Source: an uncultured Thermotogae bacterium
GTDB taxonomy: Bacteria > Bipolaricaulota > Bipolaricaulia > UBA7950 > UBA9294
Assembly: GCA_964466035.1 (NCBI GenBank)
Contig: CAYXLR010000001.1
Span: forward strand, 114,130-178,129
Length of the DNA: 64,000 nucleotides
Direction: 5' to 3'
Shown here: positions 9,205 to 18,633 of the stretch, piece after piece
How positions within the stretch are numbered: position 1 is the first letter of the stretch
Layout: each line of letters starts with the position of its first letter
Notes under the pieces: model-generated
Database searches by the model: none
The model's input: the letters and a program-made list of their open reading frames with translations, nothing else
Told to the model about the DNA's origin: nothing
Made by a program: the position numbers and the translations under genes

Positions 9205-9572
9205 GGGGTAAGAACCGTAGGCTGTTTTCCCGTGTCCTAGCTCGTGCGCAGGCGGTCAGCCTCCGGTTCAGAGGGCTCTGTGCGTTCGGAGGGGGCACCG
9301 CGTCCGGTCCGGCCGCGGTGTGGAAGTTGGTAAGGAGGTACGATGGAAGCCTTCACGCTCGCGTGAATCCTTCCATCGATTTGTCCCCGCTCCCTTCGCA
9401 CGCACCTCCACCGCTTCTTGTCCAAAGCTGGGGAGAGGATACTCCGGGGACTCCGGCCCGGAGGCGGAACGGGAGACCCGGGCCGAGGTCCTTCGTGACC
9501 CGGGCCGGGAGCGCACCTCCCGCGGGAAGGAGACGGATGTCCGTGCGCTCCCGCTGGGCGGAAGGGCGAGCG

Positions 9573-10007
9573 CTACTTGGGGGCGATCCGGGCGATCTTC
9601 CAGTAGTCCTGAACCGTCTGGATCAACCGCTCGAAGTCCTTCGAGTCGACCGGTTTGGTCATGTAGCTGGCCGCGCCGCTGTCGTACGCCTTGACCATGT
9701 CCTCCTCCCGCTCGGAGATCGTCAGCACGATCACCGGGATCCGGCGGAGGCGCTCGTCCTCCTTGATCTTGGCGAGGACCTCCAGCCCGTTGATCTTCGG
9801 GAGGTTGATGTCCAGTAGGATCAGATCGGGACGCGGGGTGTCCTCGAACTCCCCCTTCTGGGCGAGCGTGTCGAGCGCCTCTTCCCCGTCCCGGGCGAAG
9901 TACAGCTCGCACTTCACGTCGCTTTTGCGCATGGCGCGCTTGATGATCGTGACGTCGTTGGGGTTGTCCTCGACGACCAAGACCTTCATCTTCTCGAGGC
10001 TATGCAT
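9573..10007 (-). CDS. Stand-alone response regulator receiver (CheY-like)
   Basis: KVLVVEDNPNDV..., DLILLDINLPK, YMTKP receiver motifs; no output domain. ATG 10007 has GAGGTGG 6 nt upstream and overlaps the kinase stop by 8 nt. Confidence 0.85.
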   Translation of the reverse strand: MHSLEKMKVLVVEDNPNDVTIIKRAMRKSDVKCELYFARDGEEALDTLAQKGEFEDTPRPDLILLDINLPKINGLEVLAKIKEDERLRRIPVIVLTISEREEDMVKAYDSGAASYMTKPVDSKDFERLIQTVQDYWKIARIAPK

Positions 10008-11946
10008 TGGTTTCCACCTCTCTTGCTCTGGGAATGGTAAAGTAGAACGTGCTCCCTCTGCCAACTTCCGAGTTGACCCAGATCTTTCCGCCGTGCTCCT
10101 CGACGATCCGCTTGCAGATCGCGAGGCCGGCCCCGGTCCCTTCGTAATCGTCCCGTGGATGCAGCTTCTGGAAGATGCCGAAGATCCGTTGTTGGTAGCG
10201 GGACTCGATGCCGATTCCGTTGTCCTCCACGAAGAACGTCGCCATCCCGTTGGCGGAGGGTTCCTGCGGCTGCCACCCGATGCGGACCATCGGGAGCGCC
10301 TTGTCGTTGTACTTGGTCGCGTTGACGATCAGGTTGCTGAACAGCTCGGTGATCCGAACCTTGCTCCCCTTCACCGGCGGGAGGCCGTCGGCGACCTGGA
10401 GGTTCACGCCGTGGAGGCGAACCTCGAGGTCCTCTCGGATCTCTTCGAGGAGCCGCTGGGTGTTGATCCGCTCGAACGACTTCGTGTCCATGTGGATGCT
10501 CGACAGGGAAAGGAGGTCGTTGATCAGCTGCCGCATCCGTGCCGACGTTCGCCGCAGGGTGTGGAGGTACTCGACCCCGTCCTTGTCCAGTTTGTCCTCG
10601 TAGTCCTCGAGCAGGAACCCGCTGAACGTCTCGACCGTGCGAAGCGGCTCCTTCAGATCGTGGGAGACGACGTGAGAGAACTCCTCGAGCTTCTCGTTGC
10701 TCCGCTCCAGGTTCTCCGATTCCTCGCGGAGGCTGTTCTCCAGCCGCTTCAGCTCGGTGATGTCGATGTAGTGATCGATCCGACCGCCCTTGTAGCGCTC
10801 CGTCTCGATCGGGATCGAACGGTACTCGAGGACCCGCTCGTCCCGCCCGAGGGTAGGGCGGACGCGGCAGGTAATCGAATCGATCCGCTCCCCCTTGTCG
10901 ACCGCCTCCTCGATCACCTTGGCGAGGGTCTGGGCGTCCTCGAACGCGCCGACGTAGCGGGACAGGGCGCGTTTCGCGTTGACGCCGATCAGTCGGTCTC
11001 GGTCGATTCCGAAGAAGCGCCCGATCGTCGCGTTGGCCCAGATGACCTCGCGTTTTCTGTCCGTGATGATGATCCCGGAGTCGAGGGTGTCGACTGCCTC
11101 CTCGATCAGGCGTCGATACCGCGCCTCGGTCTCCATCAACTGCCGCTCGAGCTCCGCCTCCCTGGACCGATTCCGCGCTTCGATCACCGCCGTCCGATCG
11201 TCGAGGCGGGTCCCCCGGATTTCGACCGGGAACGCCGTGCGGTCCTCGGCGACGAACCGGGTCTCGATGCCGCGGATCTCGCCTCGCTCGAACAGGCGGA
11301 TCAGCTCGGCCTTCACCTTGTTGATCTCTCCGGGATGGACGTACTCGGTCAGCGGGAGCGTCTGCCTCGTCGCGTGGCCGATCGACGCCCGGGATGCCTC
11401 GTTTCGGCGCTTGACCGTTCCTTCGCGATCGATGAAATGGAGGATGTTGAACGCGGGCTCGAAGATCTCTTCGTCGTGGCGATCCTTCAGCGACTTCGGC
11501 GGGTGCCACATCGCGCGTCGTGCCCGCCGGCGCTCGTTGTGCCAACCGAGCGCGAAGCCGATGCCGAGGTAAGCGACCGGGAAGAGGGCGATCGAGACGG
11601 GCGAGCGGATCCCGAAGAAGACCAGAAGGGCGACGCCGATCGCCGACAGCCCACCGGAGAGGAAGAGGGCCCCGCGCCGGCGAAGGGCCTGCGCCCCGAA
11701 GACGAGGGGGACCGCGAAGGTGGCGTAGACGAGAAACGTCAGTGGGACGGGAGGGACTCCCGTCCGGTGGAGCACGATGCTGATCACGAGAGCGACGATG
11801 GACGAAACCCCGACGAGGATCGTCCGTTCCGTCGGATTCAGCCCGTTTGCCAATGGCCACCCGTCCTTGAGCTCGCCAAGAGAACCCCGGTCAAGACGCC
11901 TGCCTGAGGGGAAGGTACGAACCGATCGGACGATCTCAAAGGACAC
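10000..11946 (-). CDS. Membrane-bound PAS-domain sensor histidine kinase
   Basis: N-terminal TM helices and two PAS-like segments. H-box FSHVVSHDLKEPLR, N-box NLIVNATKY, G-boxes DNGIGI and GTGAGLAICKRIV. GTG start at 11946 is uncertain. Confidence 0.85.
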   Translation of the reverse strand: MSFEIVRSVRTFPSGRRLDRGSLGELKDGWPLANGLNPTERTILVGVSSIVALVISIVLHRTGVPPVPLTFLVYATFAVPLVFGAQALRRRGALFLSGGLSAIGVALLVFFGIRSPVSIALFPVAYLGIGFALGWHNERRRARRAMWHPPKSLKDRHDEEIFEPAFNILHFIDREGTVKRRNEASRASIGHATRQTLPLTEYVHPGEINKVKAELIRLFERGEIRGIETRFVAEDRTAFPVEIRGTRLDDRTAVIEARNRSREAELERQLMETEARYRRLIEEAVDTLDSGIIITDRKREVIWANATIGRFFGIDRDRLIGVNAKRALSRYVGAFEDAQTLAKVIEEAVDKGERIDSITCRVRPTLGRDERVLEYRSIPIETERYKGGRIDHYIDITELKRLENSLREESENLERSNEKLEEFSHVVSHDLKEPLRTVETFSGFLLEDYEDKLDKDGVEYLHTLRRTSARMRQLINDLLSLSSIHMDTKSFERINTQRLLEEIREDLEVRLHGVNLQVADGLPPVKGSKVRITELFSNLIVNATKYNDKALPMVRIGWQPQEPSANGMATFFVEDNGIGIESRYQQRIFGIFQKLHPRDDYEGTGAGLAICKRIVEEHGGKIWVNSEVGRGSTFYFTIPRAREVETNA

Positions 11947-11990
11947 CGATCACCCGCCCGCGTGACCTTCTTCCTTCGGCGTCCCGATCG

Positions 11991-12665
11991 TCAGATGATC
12001 AGGTTCGGGTTGAGGTTGGCGAGGAACGGCTCGACGATCTTTTGCAGGTAGGCCTCGCGGAGGATCTTGATCTTGCGGCTCTCGATCGCGATGATCCCGC
12101 GGCTCTCGAGCTCGCTCAGTGTCCGGATCGCGGTCTTGGACGAGACGCCGGCCATCTCGGCGAGCTCGGCCCTCGACAGCTCGACACCGCTCCGGCCGAG
12201 GTGGAGGATCAACCGCGCGAGTCGCTCCTTGCTCGACGAGTAGGAGCGCTCCGCGAGCTTGTTCTGGAACGCCTTCAACTCCTCGGAGAGCTTCTCGTAC
12301 AGCCGGAAGATGGTCTTCGGGTGGCGCTCGAGGAAGTAGAAGAAGTCGCCCCGCTCGATGAAGCCGACCGTGACCACGTCGATGGTCTTGGCGTAGGCGT
12401 TGTGGCTTCCCTTGTCGAAGAGGGTCGTTTCACCGAGGATCTCGCCCGGTCCGGCGATCTTGAGGATTTGGCTCTTCGCCCGCATGCTTCGCTTGACGAG
12501 CTTGACCATCCCTTCGAAGATCAGATAGAAGCCGAACGCCGGTGCGCCCTCCTGGAAGATGATCTCTCCCCGCCCGTAGTTGATCGTGCGAATCGGCTCG
12601 CGAAGCTTGTCCAGCTCCTTGTCTTTCAGATCGGAAAAGATGCGGAAATCCTTGAGATCGGCCAT
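11991..12665 (-). CDS. Crp/Fnr-family transcriptional regulator
   Basis: cNMP-binding beta-barrel (IIFQEGAPAFGFYLIFEGMVKL) plus C-terminal HTH (SRAELAEMAGVSSKTAIRTLSELE). First gene of the crp-kinase-receiver operon. Confidence 0.9.
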   Translation of the reverse strand: MADLKDFRIFSDLKDKELDKLREPIRTINYGRGEIIFQEGAPAFGFYLIFEGMVKLVKRSMRAKSQILKIAGPGEILGETTLFDKGSHNAYAKTIDVVTVGFIERGDFFYFLERHPKTIFRLYEKLSEELKAFQNKLAERSYSSSKERLARLILHLGRSGVELSRAELAEMAGVSSKTAIRTLSELESRGIIAIESRKIKILREAYLQKIVEPFLANLNPNLII

Positions 12666-12766
12666 GCCACCCCCCTCTGGCGGTTGTCCTGTACGAAGCT
12701 CGTTACGCCTGTCCCTCCCACCCCTGACCTCACATCACCCATGGAACAGGGTCAGGCGTCCTGCAT

Positions 12767-12782
12767 TGTAATCGATATCACA
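12767..12782. promoter_or_regulatory. CRP/FNR-like palindromic operator upstream of the crp-family gene
   Basis: TGTAA-TCGATA-TCACA, one mismatch from TGTGA-N6-TCACA, about 100 nt upstream of ATG 12665. Confidence 0.4.
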
Positions 12783-12863
12783 TCCAACGCCAAGTCTTCT
12801 CTGCCGTTCGGCGAGCCGGCACTCGGAGGAGGACCGGCTGCGGCCGGGATCGCTGAACCCGTC

Positions 12864-12892
12864 TTGACACCCCGATCGAAGCCTCCTACACT
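12864..12892 (+). promoter_or_regulatory. Sigma70-type promoter of tRNA-Leu
   Basis: TTGACA (12864-12869), 17-nt spacer, TACACT (12887-12892), 12 nt before the mature tRNA 5' end. Confidence 0.6.
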
Positions 12893-12904
12893 CCGACCAC
12901 ACGC

Positions 12905-12990
<86 letters not shown>

Positions 12991-13082
12991 GAACGCTCGT
13001 CGCTCGATATCCCCCTTCAGCACGCTTCGACTCGCGAGGCGTCGCGGACGCTCCGCGAAAGCGCGGGACGGGCGACTCTTCC

Positions 13083-14075
13083 TTACACGCCGCGGCCCGC
13101 CCAGAGGGCGACGGCGACGAACAGCGCCTGCAGGAGCCAGAAACGGACGGTGATCTTCGCCTCCGGCCACTCGAACCCGCGGAGGAGGGGGGGAGTCCGC
13201 GCTCGGGTGGAGTCCTCGAAGTGGTGGTGAAGCGGGGCCATCTTGAACAACCGCACCCCGGCGATCCGGTACGACGCGACCTGGGCGATCACCGACCCGG
13301 CTTCGAGCACGAGGACACCGGCAACGAGCGGGAGGAAGAAGACCGTCCCCGTGAGGAGCGAGACAGCAGCGACGATCCCGCCGAGGCCGAAGGAGCCGAC
13401 GTCGCCGAGGATCAGCCGGGCGGGATGAACGTTCGTCCACAGGAAGCCGATCAGCGCGCCGAGCAACGGAAGGACGAGAACGAGGATCGATCTCGAAGGC
13501 GTCAGGACGAGAAGCCCGATCAGGGCCAGAACCGCGACGCCGCCCGCCAGTCCGTCGAGGCCGTCGGTGAGGTTCATGCTGTTCGTCGTCGCGAGGAGGG
13601 ACACCCAGAGGAGGGCGAAGGTCGCGATCGGCGGCAGCGTGACGGTCCCCGCCGAGAACGGAATCCGCTGTGGAACGGAGAGGACGTCGCGGTACAGGAA
13701 GAAGAGGGCGATCGCGGCGAGGCTTCCGAGGACGAGCTTCCACGGGGCGGTCAACCCGAGCGACCGGCGGCGCTGTAAGGACCGGACGTCGTCGAGGAGA
13801 CCGATGCCGCCGTGCAGCGCGCCGGCGGCGAGGACGAATCCGATCGGGCGGGCCCATTCGGCGATCGGCCAGAGGGAGAGGACGGCGATCGCCCAGAAGG
13901 CCAGGACGAGGAGTCCGCCCATCGTCGGCGTGCCGGCTTTCTCCGCGTGCCCCTGGGGCCCGATGTCCCGGATCTGTTGGCCGACACCGCGCCGTCTCAT
14001 CCACCGCGAGAAGGCGGCGCAGCAGAACGCGGCGATCGGGGCGAGGGCGATCGAGACCGGGACGAGCGCCTTCAC
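13083..14075 (-). CDS. mraY: Phospho-N-acetylmuramoyl-pentapeptide transferase
   Basis: ORF track 13083..15284 trimmed to GTG 14075 (GTGA overlap with the upstream stop). VKALVPVSIALAPIAAF..., NLTDGLDGLAGG, GDVGSFGLGG, APLHHHFE motifs. Confidence 0.9.
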   Translation of the reverse strand: MKALVPVSIALAPIAAFCCAAFSRWMRRRGVGQQIRDIGPQGHAEKAGTPTMGGLLVLAFWAIAVLSLWPIAEWARPIGFVLAAGALHGGIGLLDDVRSLQRRRSLGLTAPWKLVLGSLAAIALFFLYRDVLSVPQRIPFSAGTVTLPPIATFALLWVSLLATTNSMNLTDGLDGLAGGVAVLALIGLLVLTPSRSILVLVLPLLGALIGFLWTNVHPARLILGDVGSFGLGGIVAAVSLLTGTVFFLPLVAGVLVLEAGSVIAQVASYRIAGVRLFKMAPLHHHFEDSTRARTPPLLRGFEWPEAKITVRFWLLQALFVAVALWAGRGV

Positions 14076-15415
14076 GCAGCGTCCACTCGCCGCAGCTCCC
14101 CGTCGCACTCCAGCAGGAGTCGGCGCAGGTCGGCGTGATCGGCGTCCCTCGGGGCGCCGAGGACGCGTTGGACGAGCTTGAACAGCTGGTAGGTCGTGAT
14201 CAGACAGAATCCCTGCGCCTGACAGCCGCGCAGGACTTCGGGGGCGAACTGCGTCGGACGGCGCTTCGGGTCGAGTTCCCGCGATCCGCCGACGACGAGG
14301 ATTCCCTTCCGCGGTCCCTCTCCCTCGGTGACCGAACGGTCGACCGCGTTCAGCAGGCGGCGATACGGCGGAAGCCCGACCGCCTCGGCCTCGGTCGCCT
14401 CGACGACGACGAGCGCGTCTCCTTCGTCCGAGCGGAGCTCGATGGAACGATCGCCGCGCTCGACGTCGAATCCGAGGGCGCGGAACGCGTCGGCCGCCGC
14501 GGGGAGAAGCGTGAACCGGCCCCGGGTGTAGAGAAGCCGCTTGATGCGCGTCTTCTCGCTCAGCCGGTCGGAGACCTCGTCGATCTTCGCCGACAGCGTC
14601 GCGTGTCGTTCGCGCAATCCGGCCAGCTCGTCGACGAGGCCTTCCTCTCCGGGGACGGGGTACGCGGGGAGCCAGTCGGGCTCGGAGGCGAACGCCGGTC
14701 GCTCGGCGGCCCGCTCGACCGCCTCGAGGAGCGCGATCGCCTCCTGCGACGGGGCGACGCCGGCGAGCGGCGGGACGAGGACCAGCCGACCTTCGCCGAA
14801 CGGGATCTCGAGCGCGACGGCGTCGCCGACCCGATTGCGGGCGAGGACGGTCGCGAACCGGTCGATCGGCGTCGACAGGAGATCCTGATACACCGCGTCG
14901 TAGACGAGGCGCCCCTCGAATCGACGGAGGTACCCCTCGAACGGGCTTCCGGACCCTTCGAAGACGATGTCGTCCCCGTGGCGTGGGACGAACCGCCCGT
15001 TCGACGGGAAGGAGAACTGATGTTGGCGGTCGACGAGCGAGACGGAAGGCAGCCAGCTGTACCGATCGAGACGCTCCGGCGGCTCCTCGCCGGACGAAAT
15101 CTCCAGTGGCTCCCCCCGCGAGCGGAGACGACAGACGAGGAGGCCCCCCCCCTTGAGGAGCAGGTCCTCCGCCTCCGCCCGGCGGCGCCCCATCCAGGCG
15201 CTCACCGTCCGGCCGAACCCGCGATCCCGATGCGGATCCGTTCGACGGATCCCGTCGCCGCCGGGGGCGACGTCGGAGGTCCAACGATCGGAGATGCTCA
15301 GCGGGTCGAGGAGGACGGCGTCCGACCCCGCGAGGGACGACCGGCCGAAGAACTCTTCCCGTTCGATGCTCGGATGATCGAGCCGCCAGTCGACGGACAG
15401 AAGACGATACCCCAT
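14072..15415 (-). CDS. Uncharacterised 447-aa protein: alpha/beta N-domain, coiled-coil linker, C-terminal PD-(D/E)xK/HsdR-N-like fold (probably degenerate)
   Basis: Clean ORF with ATG 15415. Central LVDELAGLRERHATLSAKIDEVSDRLSEKTRIKRLLY (coiled coil). C-terminus AFRALGFDVERGDRSIELRSDEGDALVVVEATEAE...KGILVVGGSRELDPKRRPTQF...GFCLITTYQLFKL resembles the restriction-endonuclease-like fold, but T replaces the usual K of the ExK motif. Confidence 0.6.
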   Translation of the reverse strand: MGYRLLSVDWRLDHPSIEREEFFGRSSLAGSDAVLLDPLSISDRWTSDVAPGGDGIRRTDPHRDRGFGRTVSAWMGRRRAEAEDLLLKGGGLLVCRLRSRGEPLEISSGEEPPERLDRYSWLPSVSLVDRQHQFSFPSNGRFVPRHGDDIVFEGSGSPFEGYLRRFEGRLVYDAVYQDLLSTPIDRFATVLARNRVGDAVALEIPFGEGRLVLVPPLAGVAPSQEAIALLEAVERAAERPAFASEPDWLPAYPVPGEEGLVDELAGLRERHATLSAKIDEVSDRLSEKTRIKRLLYTRGRFTLLPAAADAFRALGFDVERGDRSIELRSDEGDALVVVEATEAEAVGLPPYRRLLNAVDRSVTEGEGPRKGILVVGGSRELDPKRRPTQFAPEVLRGCQAQGFCLITTYQLFKLVQRVLGAPRDADHADLRRLLLECDGELRRVDAA

Positions 15416-15512
15416 GGCGGGACGATCTTACCCCTCGCCTCGATCCGGGAGCAACTCCGAATGAAAACGGAGGGACCGCAGGGTGTGCGGTCCCTCCTTC
15501 GGCTTTTCGTCC

Positions 15513-17888
15513 CTACGGGCTCTCCAGGTTGGAGATCGTGGTGGTCCAGTAGACGAACCGGGTCGTCGCGGTGTAGCTGATCGCGTTGCCGATCCGGAAG
15601 TCGAGGCTCGGCGTGAGCTCGGCGCTGCTTCCGCTCGGAAGCCCGACGACGAACGGCGAGGTCGGTGGATTCACCATCGAGTATCGCAGGTACACGAAAC
15701 CGGACGACGTCTCCAGGTCTCCGTCGCCGTCGATGTCCAGCTCCAGGTGGAGCCACATGCTCTTCGAGTCGGGAATCCGGAACGTGTGATCGATGTACCC
15801 GGCCTGGAGCGAACCCTCGTAGACCAGGGTCTTTCCGCCTTCGGTCGGCGTGGGGACGATCCCCATCGGGGCGGCCTGTCCGGATCCGCTGCCGCTCGTC
15901 TGCCCGACGTTCTGGAAGGAACCGTCGGTCCGAAGCTCGATCCGGTAGTCGTGCGGCCCGGTCCAGCCGGCGCCGGCGTTGACGGTGACGTGCCAGCTGT
16001 CGGTCCCCCACACGAAGAAGCCGGGGATCGACCCCATCGGCGGCTGGCCGCCGGGCGACGCTCCGCCGCTCGACACGACGATCGGCTGCGTCACGCTGGA
16101 CGAGAGGCCGTCGTTGTCGATGACGGTCAGTCGGACGAAGACGGTACCGACCGACGGGTAGGTGACCTGGCCGAGGGAGCCGCTCATGTCGTCCGTCCCG
16201 TTCCCGTCGAGGTCCCAGAGGTACGACACGATCGTGCCGTCCGGATCGAAGGACGACTGAGCGTTCAACAGGATCGGCTGTCCGACGGTGGGCGTTAGCG
16301 GGGAGTAGGTGAACGCGGCGACCGGTGGCTGCCCGGTCGCTCCGACGACGATCGTGTGCGAGGTCGAGTCGGTAGACGCGTCGTCGTCTTGGACGGTCAG
16401 CGTCACGACGTACGTCCCCGGCGCGGCGAACTGGTGGTAGACGATGCTCCCTCCGACGGGCCCGGTCCCGTCGCCGAACGACCAGGTGTAGCTGGCGATC
16501 GTGCCGTCCGGGTCGGACGAGCCGGTCCCGTCGAACCGGACCCACTCCGCGACGCCCGGGCTCGCCGGTGAGTACGTGAACGCGGCGTTCGGCGGCAGGT
16601 TGGTCGCCCCGACCTGGATCGCCCGAGACGTCGAGTCGCTCGCCCCGTCGTTGTCGAGGACGGTCAGGGTGACCACGTACGTGCCCGGGGCGGAGAACCG
16701 GTGCCAGGCGACGACGCCGGTGCTGCTCGTCCCGTCGCCGAAGCTCCACGAGTACGAGGCGATCGTGCCGTCCGGGTCGGACGAGGCGGATCCGTCAAAC
16801 TGGACCCAGCCGTTGACCGCGGGGTTGGTCGGGGAGAACGCGAACGCGGCCGTCGGGGCCTGGTTGGTCGGCCCGATCTGGATCGTTTGAGAGATCGAGT
16901 CGGACGCCCCGTCGTTGTCGGTGACGATCAGGGTGACGGTGTAGGTCCCGGAAGACATGAAGCGCTGCCACGCGGTGCTCCCGTAGGCGGTCGATCCGTC
17001 GCCGAAGTTCCACGAGTACGACGTGACGGTGCCGTCCGGGTCGACGGACGCCGACCCGTCGAACTGGATCCACTCCCCGACGCCCGGGCTGCCCGGCGAG
17101 TAGGTGAACAGCGCCGTCGGAGGCGTGTTCACGGGGACGAGCGGCTCGAGCGTGACGTTGATCGTTCTCGTCAGGCCGCCGATGGTGAAGATCGCGGCGT
17201 TCCACCCGCTGTATCCCGGCTTGGTCACCGAGAGGCGGTGAAATCCTTGCTCGACGAACAGCGTCCGCGGCGTGTAGCCGGCGTACTGCCCGTCGAGGCT
17301 GATCAGCGCGCCGGACGGGGTCGAGTTGATCGTGACGATGCCGTAGGAGGGAGGCGTCCCGGAGACGATCTCGAAGCTCGTGAAGTCCCAGCTCCGTTCC
17401 TCGACCGGTAGGATCCCGAGGATCTGGGCCTCGATGCTCTGCTGGAAGACCTCCGGGTCCTGCGACATGTACGCGAACGGCTGAACCGGACTCGTCGTGG
17501 CGAGGATCTGGAGGTATTCGGTCCCCGTCGGAGGGGCGACGATCCACCGGCTGCTACCGGGAGGAGGGCCGAGGGTGTGTTCGCCCGCCTGGACGAAATT
17601 GTTCGGCGTTCCTGCCGAAGGATACGGGAAGAGCTGGTTCGCGATCCCGTCCGGCTGGATGTCCCAGACGTAGACGTAGGCCGGTTTGTTGACGGAGTAG
17701 TAGATGGTGATCGCTTCGCCGATGGCATAAGCGCCCTTGTCGACCCAGATTCTCACCTCGAGCTCGCTCTCCGGCGGCGTGGGGATGATCCCCTTGGGGG
17801 CCACGGGCGCCTGCGCCGCGCCGAGGACAGCGGCGAGTGCGAGGATGGACAAGAGGACGACTCCGGTCCTCCGGGTTCTCGCTTTCAT
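15513..17888 (-). CDS. Secreted multidomain surface protein: DUF4384-like + PEGA + 4 PKD domains + unknown C-terminal domain
   Basis: Signal peptide MKARTRRTGVVLLSILALAAVLGAAQA. VRIWVDKGAYAIGEAITIYYSVNKPAYVYVWDIQPDG (DUF4384-like). TINSTPSGALISLDGQYAGYTPRT (PEGA). Four repeats of FDGSxSxDPDGTIxSYxWxFGDG...GTYxVTLTVxDNDG (PKD). Confidence 0.8.
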   Translation of the reverse strand: MKARTRRTGVVLLSILALAAVLGAAQAPVAPKGIIPTPPESELEVRIWVDKGAYAIGEAITIYYSVNKPAYVYVWDIQPDGIANQLFPYPSAGTPNNFVQAGEHTLGPPPGSSRWIVAPPTGTEYLQILATTSPVQPFAYMSQDPEVFQQSIEAQILGILPVEERSWDFTSFEIVSGTPPSYGIVTINSTPSGALISLDGQYAGYTPRTLFVEQGFHRLSVTKPGYSGWNAAIFTIGGLTRTINVTLEPLVPVNTPPTALFTYSPGSPGVGEWIQFDGSASVDPDGTVTSYSWNFGDGSTAYGSTAWQRFMSSGTYTVTLIVTDNDGASDSISQTIQIGPTNQAPTAAFAFSPTNPAVNGWVQFDGSASSDPDGTIASYSWSFGDGTSSTGVVAWHRFSAPGTYVVTLTVLDNDGASDSTSRAIQVGATNLPPNAAFTYSPASPGVAEWVRFDGTGSSDPDGTIASYTWSFGDGTGPVGGSIVYHQFAAPGTYVVTLTVQDDDASTDSTSHTIVVGATGQPPVAAFTYSPLTPTVGQPILLNAQSSFDPDGTIVSYLWDLDGNGTDDMSGSLGQVTYPSVGTVFVRLTVIDNDGLSSSVTQPIVVSSGGASPGGQPPMGSIPGFFVWGTDSWHVTVNAGAGWTGPHDYRIELRTDGSFQNVGQTSGSGSGQAAPMGIVPTPTEGGKTLVYEGSLQAGYIDHTFRIPDSKSMWLHLELDIDGDGDLETSSGFVYLRYSMVNPPTSPFVVGLPSGSSAELTPSLDFRIGNAISYTATTRFVYWTTTISNLESP
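16071..17126 (-). repeat. Four tandem PKD-domain coding repeats (~260-270 nt each) inside the 15513..17888 gene
   Basis: Protein residues ~255-606 form four consecutive PKD units with recurring AAFTYSP...FDGSxSSDPDGTIASYxWSFGDG...GTYVVTLTV.DNDGASDSTS. Confidence 0.8.
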
Positions 17889-17934
17889 GTTTTCCTCCCT
17901 TTCATCTTCTTCGTGTTCATCGATTATCGCCTCA

Positions 17935-18633
17935 TCACGTGACAGCGGAAAGGGCGACCCGTGTCATGTCCGCCGGTTCGAGCCGCTTCAGCACGAGATC
18001 GACGTCCGCGGGGTTCAAAGTCGCTCCCTCGAGCGACGTCAAGCGGAAACGGACTTCCTGGTACACCGTCTGCCCCTCGAACGGGCTCCCCCCGCCCTCG
18101 AGGTAGTCGGCGATGGTGTCGGAGATGTGGGTCACGAGCAGGTTGAAGCGTGGGGTCGGAACGGCCGTGGGCACCGATTGGGGGCTGCCCGGGGCGACGG
18201 AGAAGATCCCCTTCGCGTAGAGCAGGTCGCGGGTCTCCACGAGGAGGGTCAAGCGCTGGCGCAGGCTCTGTTCGATCTGCTGCAGCGAGACTCCGCGGGC
18301 GATTCCTTCGAGCCCTTTCGTGACGAGACCGCCGACGGGAAGGCCCTCTTCCATCGCGACGAAGACGTGGACCAGAACCGCCTCCTTCTCGGGGGCGGAA
18401 TACGCCGTCGACGCGAGGCGTTCGATGAACTGAAGGACCTCGACCGCCGGGAAGTCCGACTGGCTCATCCCGAGTTCGACCGCGGCGACGAAGCGATTCA
18501 CGTCCGAGACGGGGATCGCCCCGAGGGCCTGCTCGAAATCGGAGATCGGGACCTGCGCCAGCGCGGACGCCGCGACCCAAACGAGTAGTAAAGCGATCAG
18601 GCTCGGCTTTCGCGCCGGAGCGAAGCGGATCAT
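17935..18633 (-). CDS. Hypothetical exported protein (third gene of the ECF operon)
   Basis: Signal peptide MIRFAPARKPSLIALLLVWVAASALAQ. ATGA overlap with the anti-sigma stop. No family recognised. Confidence 0.6.
   Translation of the reverse strand: MIRFAPARKPSLIALLLVWVAASALAQVPISDFEQALGAIPVSDVNRFVAAVELGMSQSDFPAVEVLQFIERLASTAYSAPEKEAVLVHVFVAMEEGLPVGGLVTKGLEGIARGVSLQQIEQSLRQRLTLLVETRDLLYAKGIFSVAPGSPQSVPTAVPTPRFNLLVTHISDTIADYLEGGGSPFEGQTVYQEVRFRLTSLEGATLNPADVDLVLKRLEPADMTRVALSAVT

Noticed and set aside
9343-9366. 7-codon mini-ORF MEAFTLA with an AAGGAGG upstream, embedded in the nested hairpin
   Set aside because: SD spacing is only 4 nt. There is no downstream gene on that strand to attenuate. 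It is probably a chance reading of a palindromic segment.
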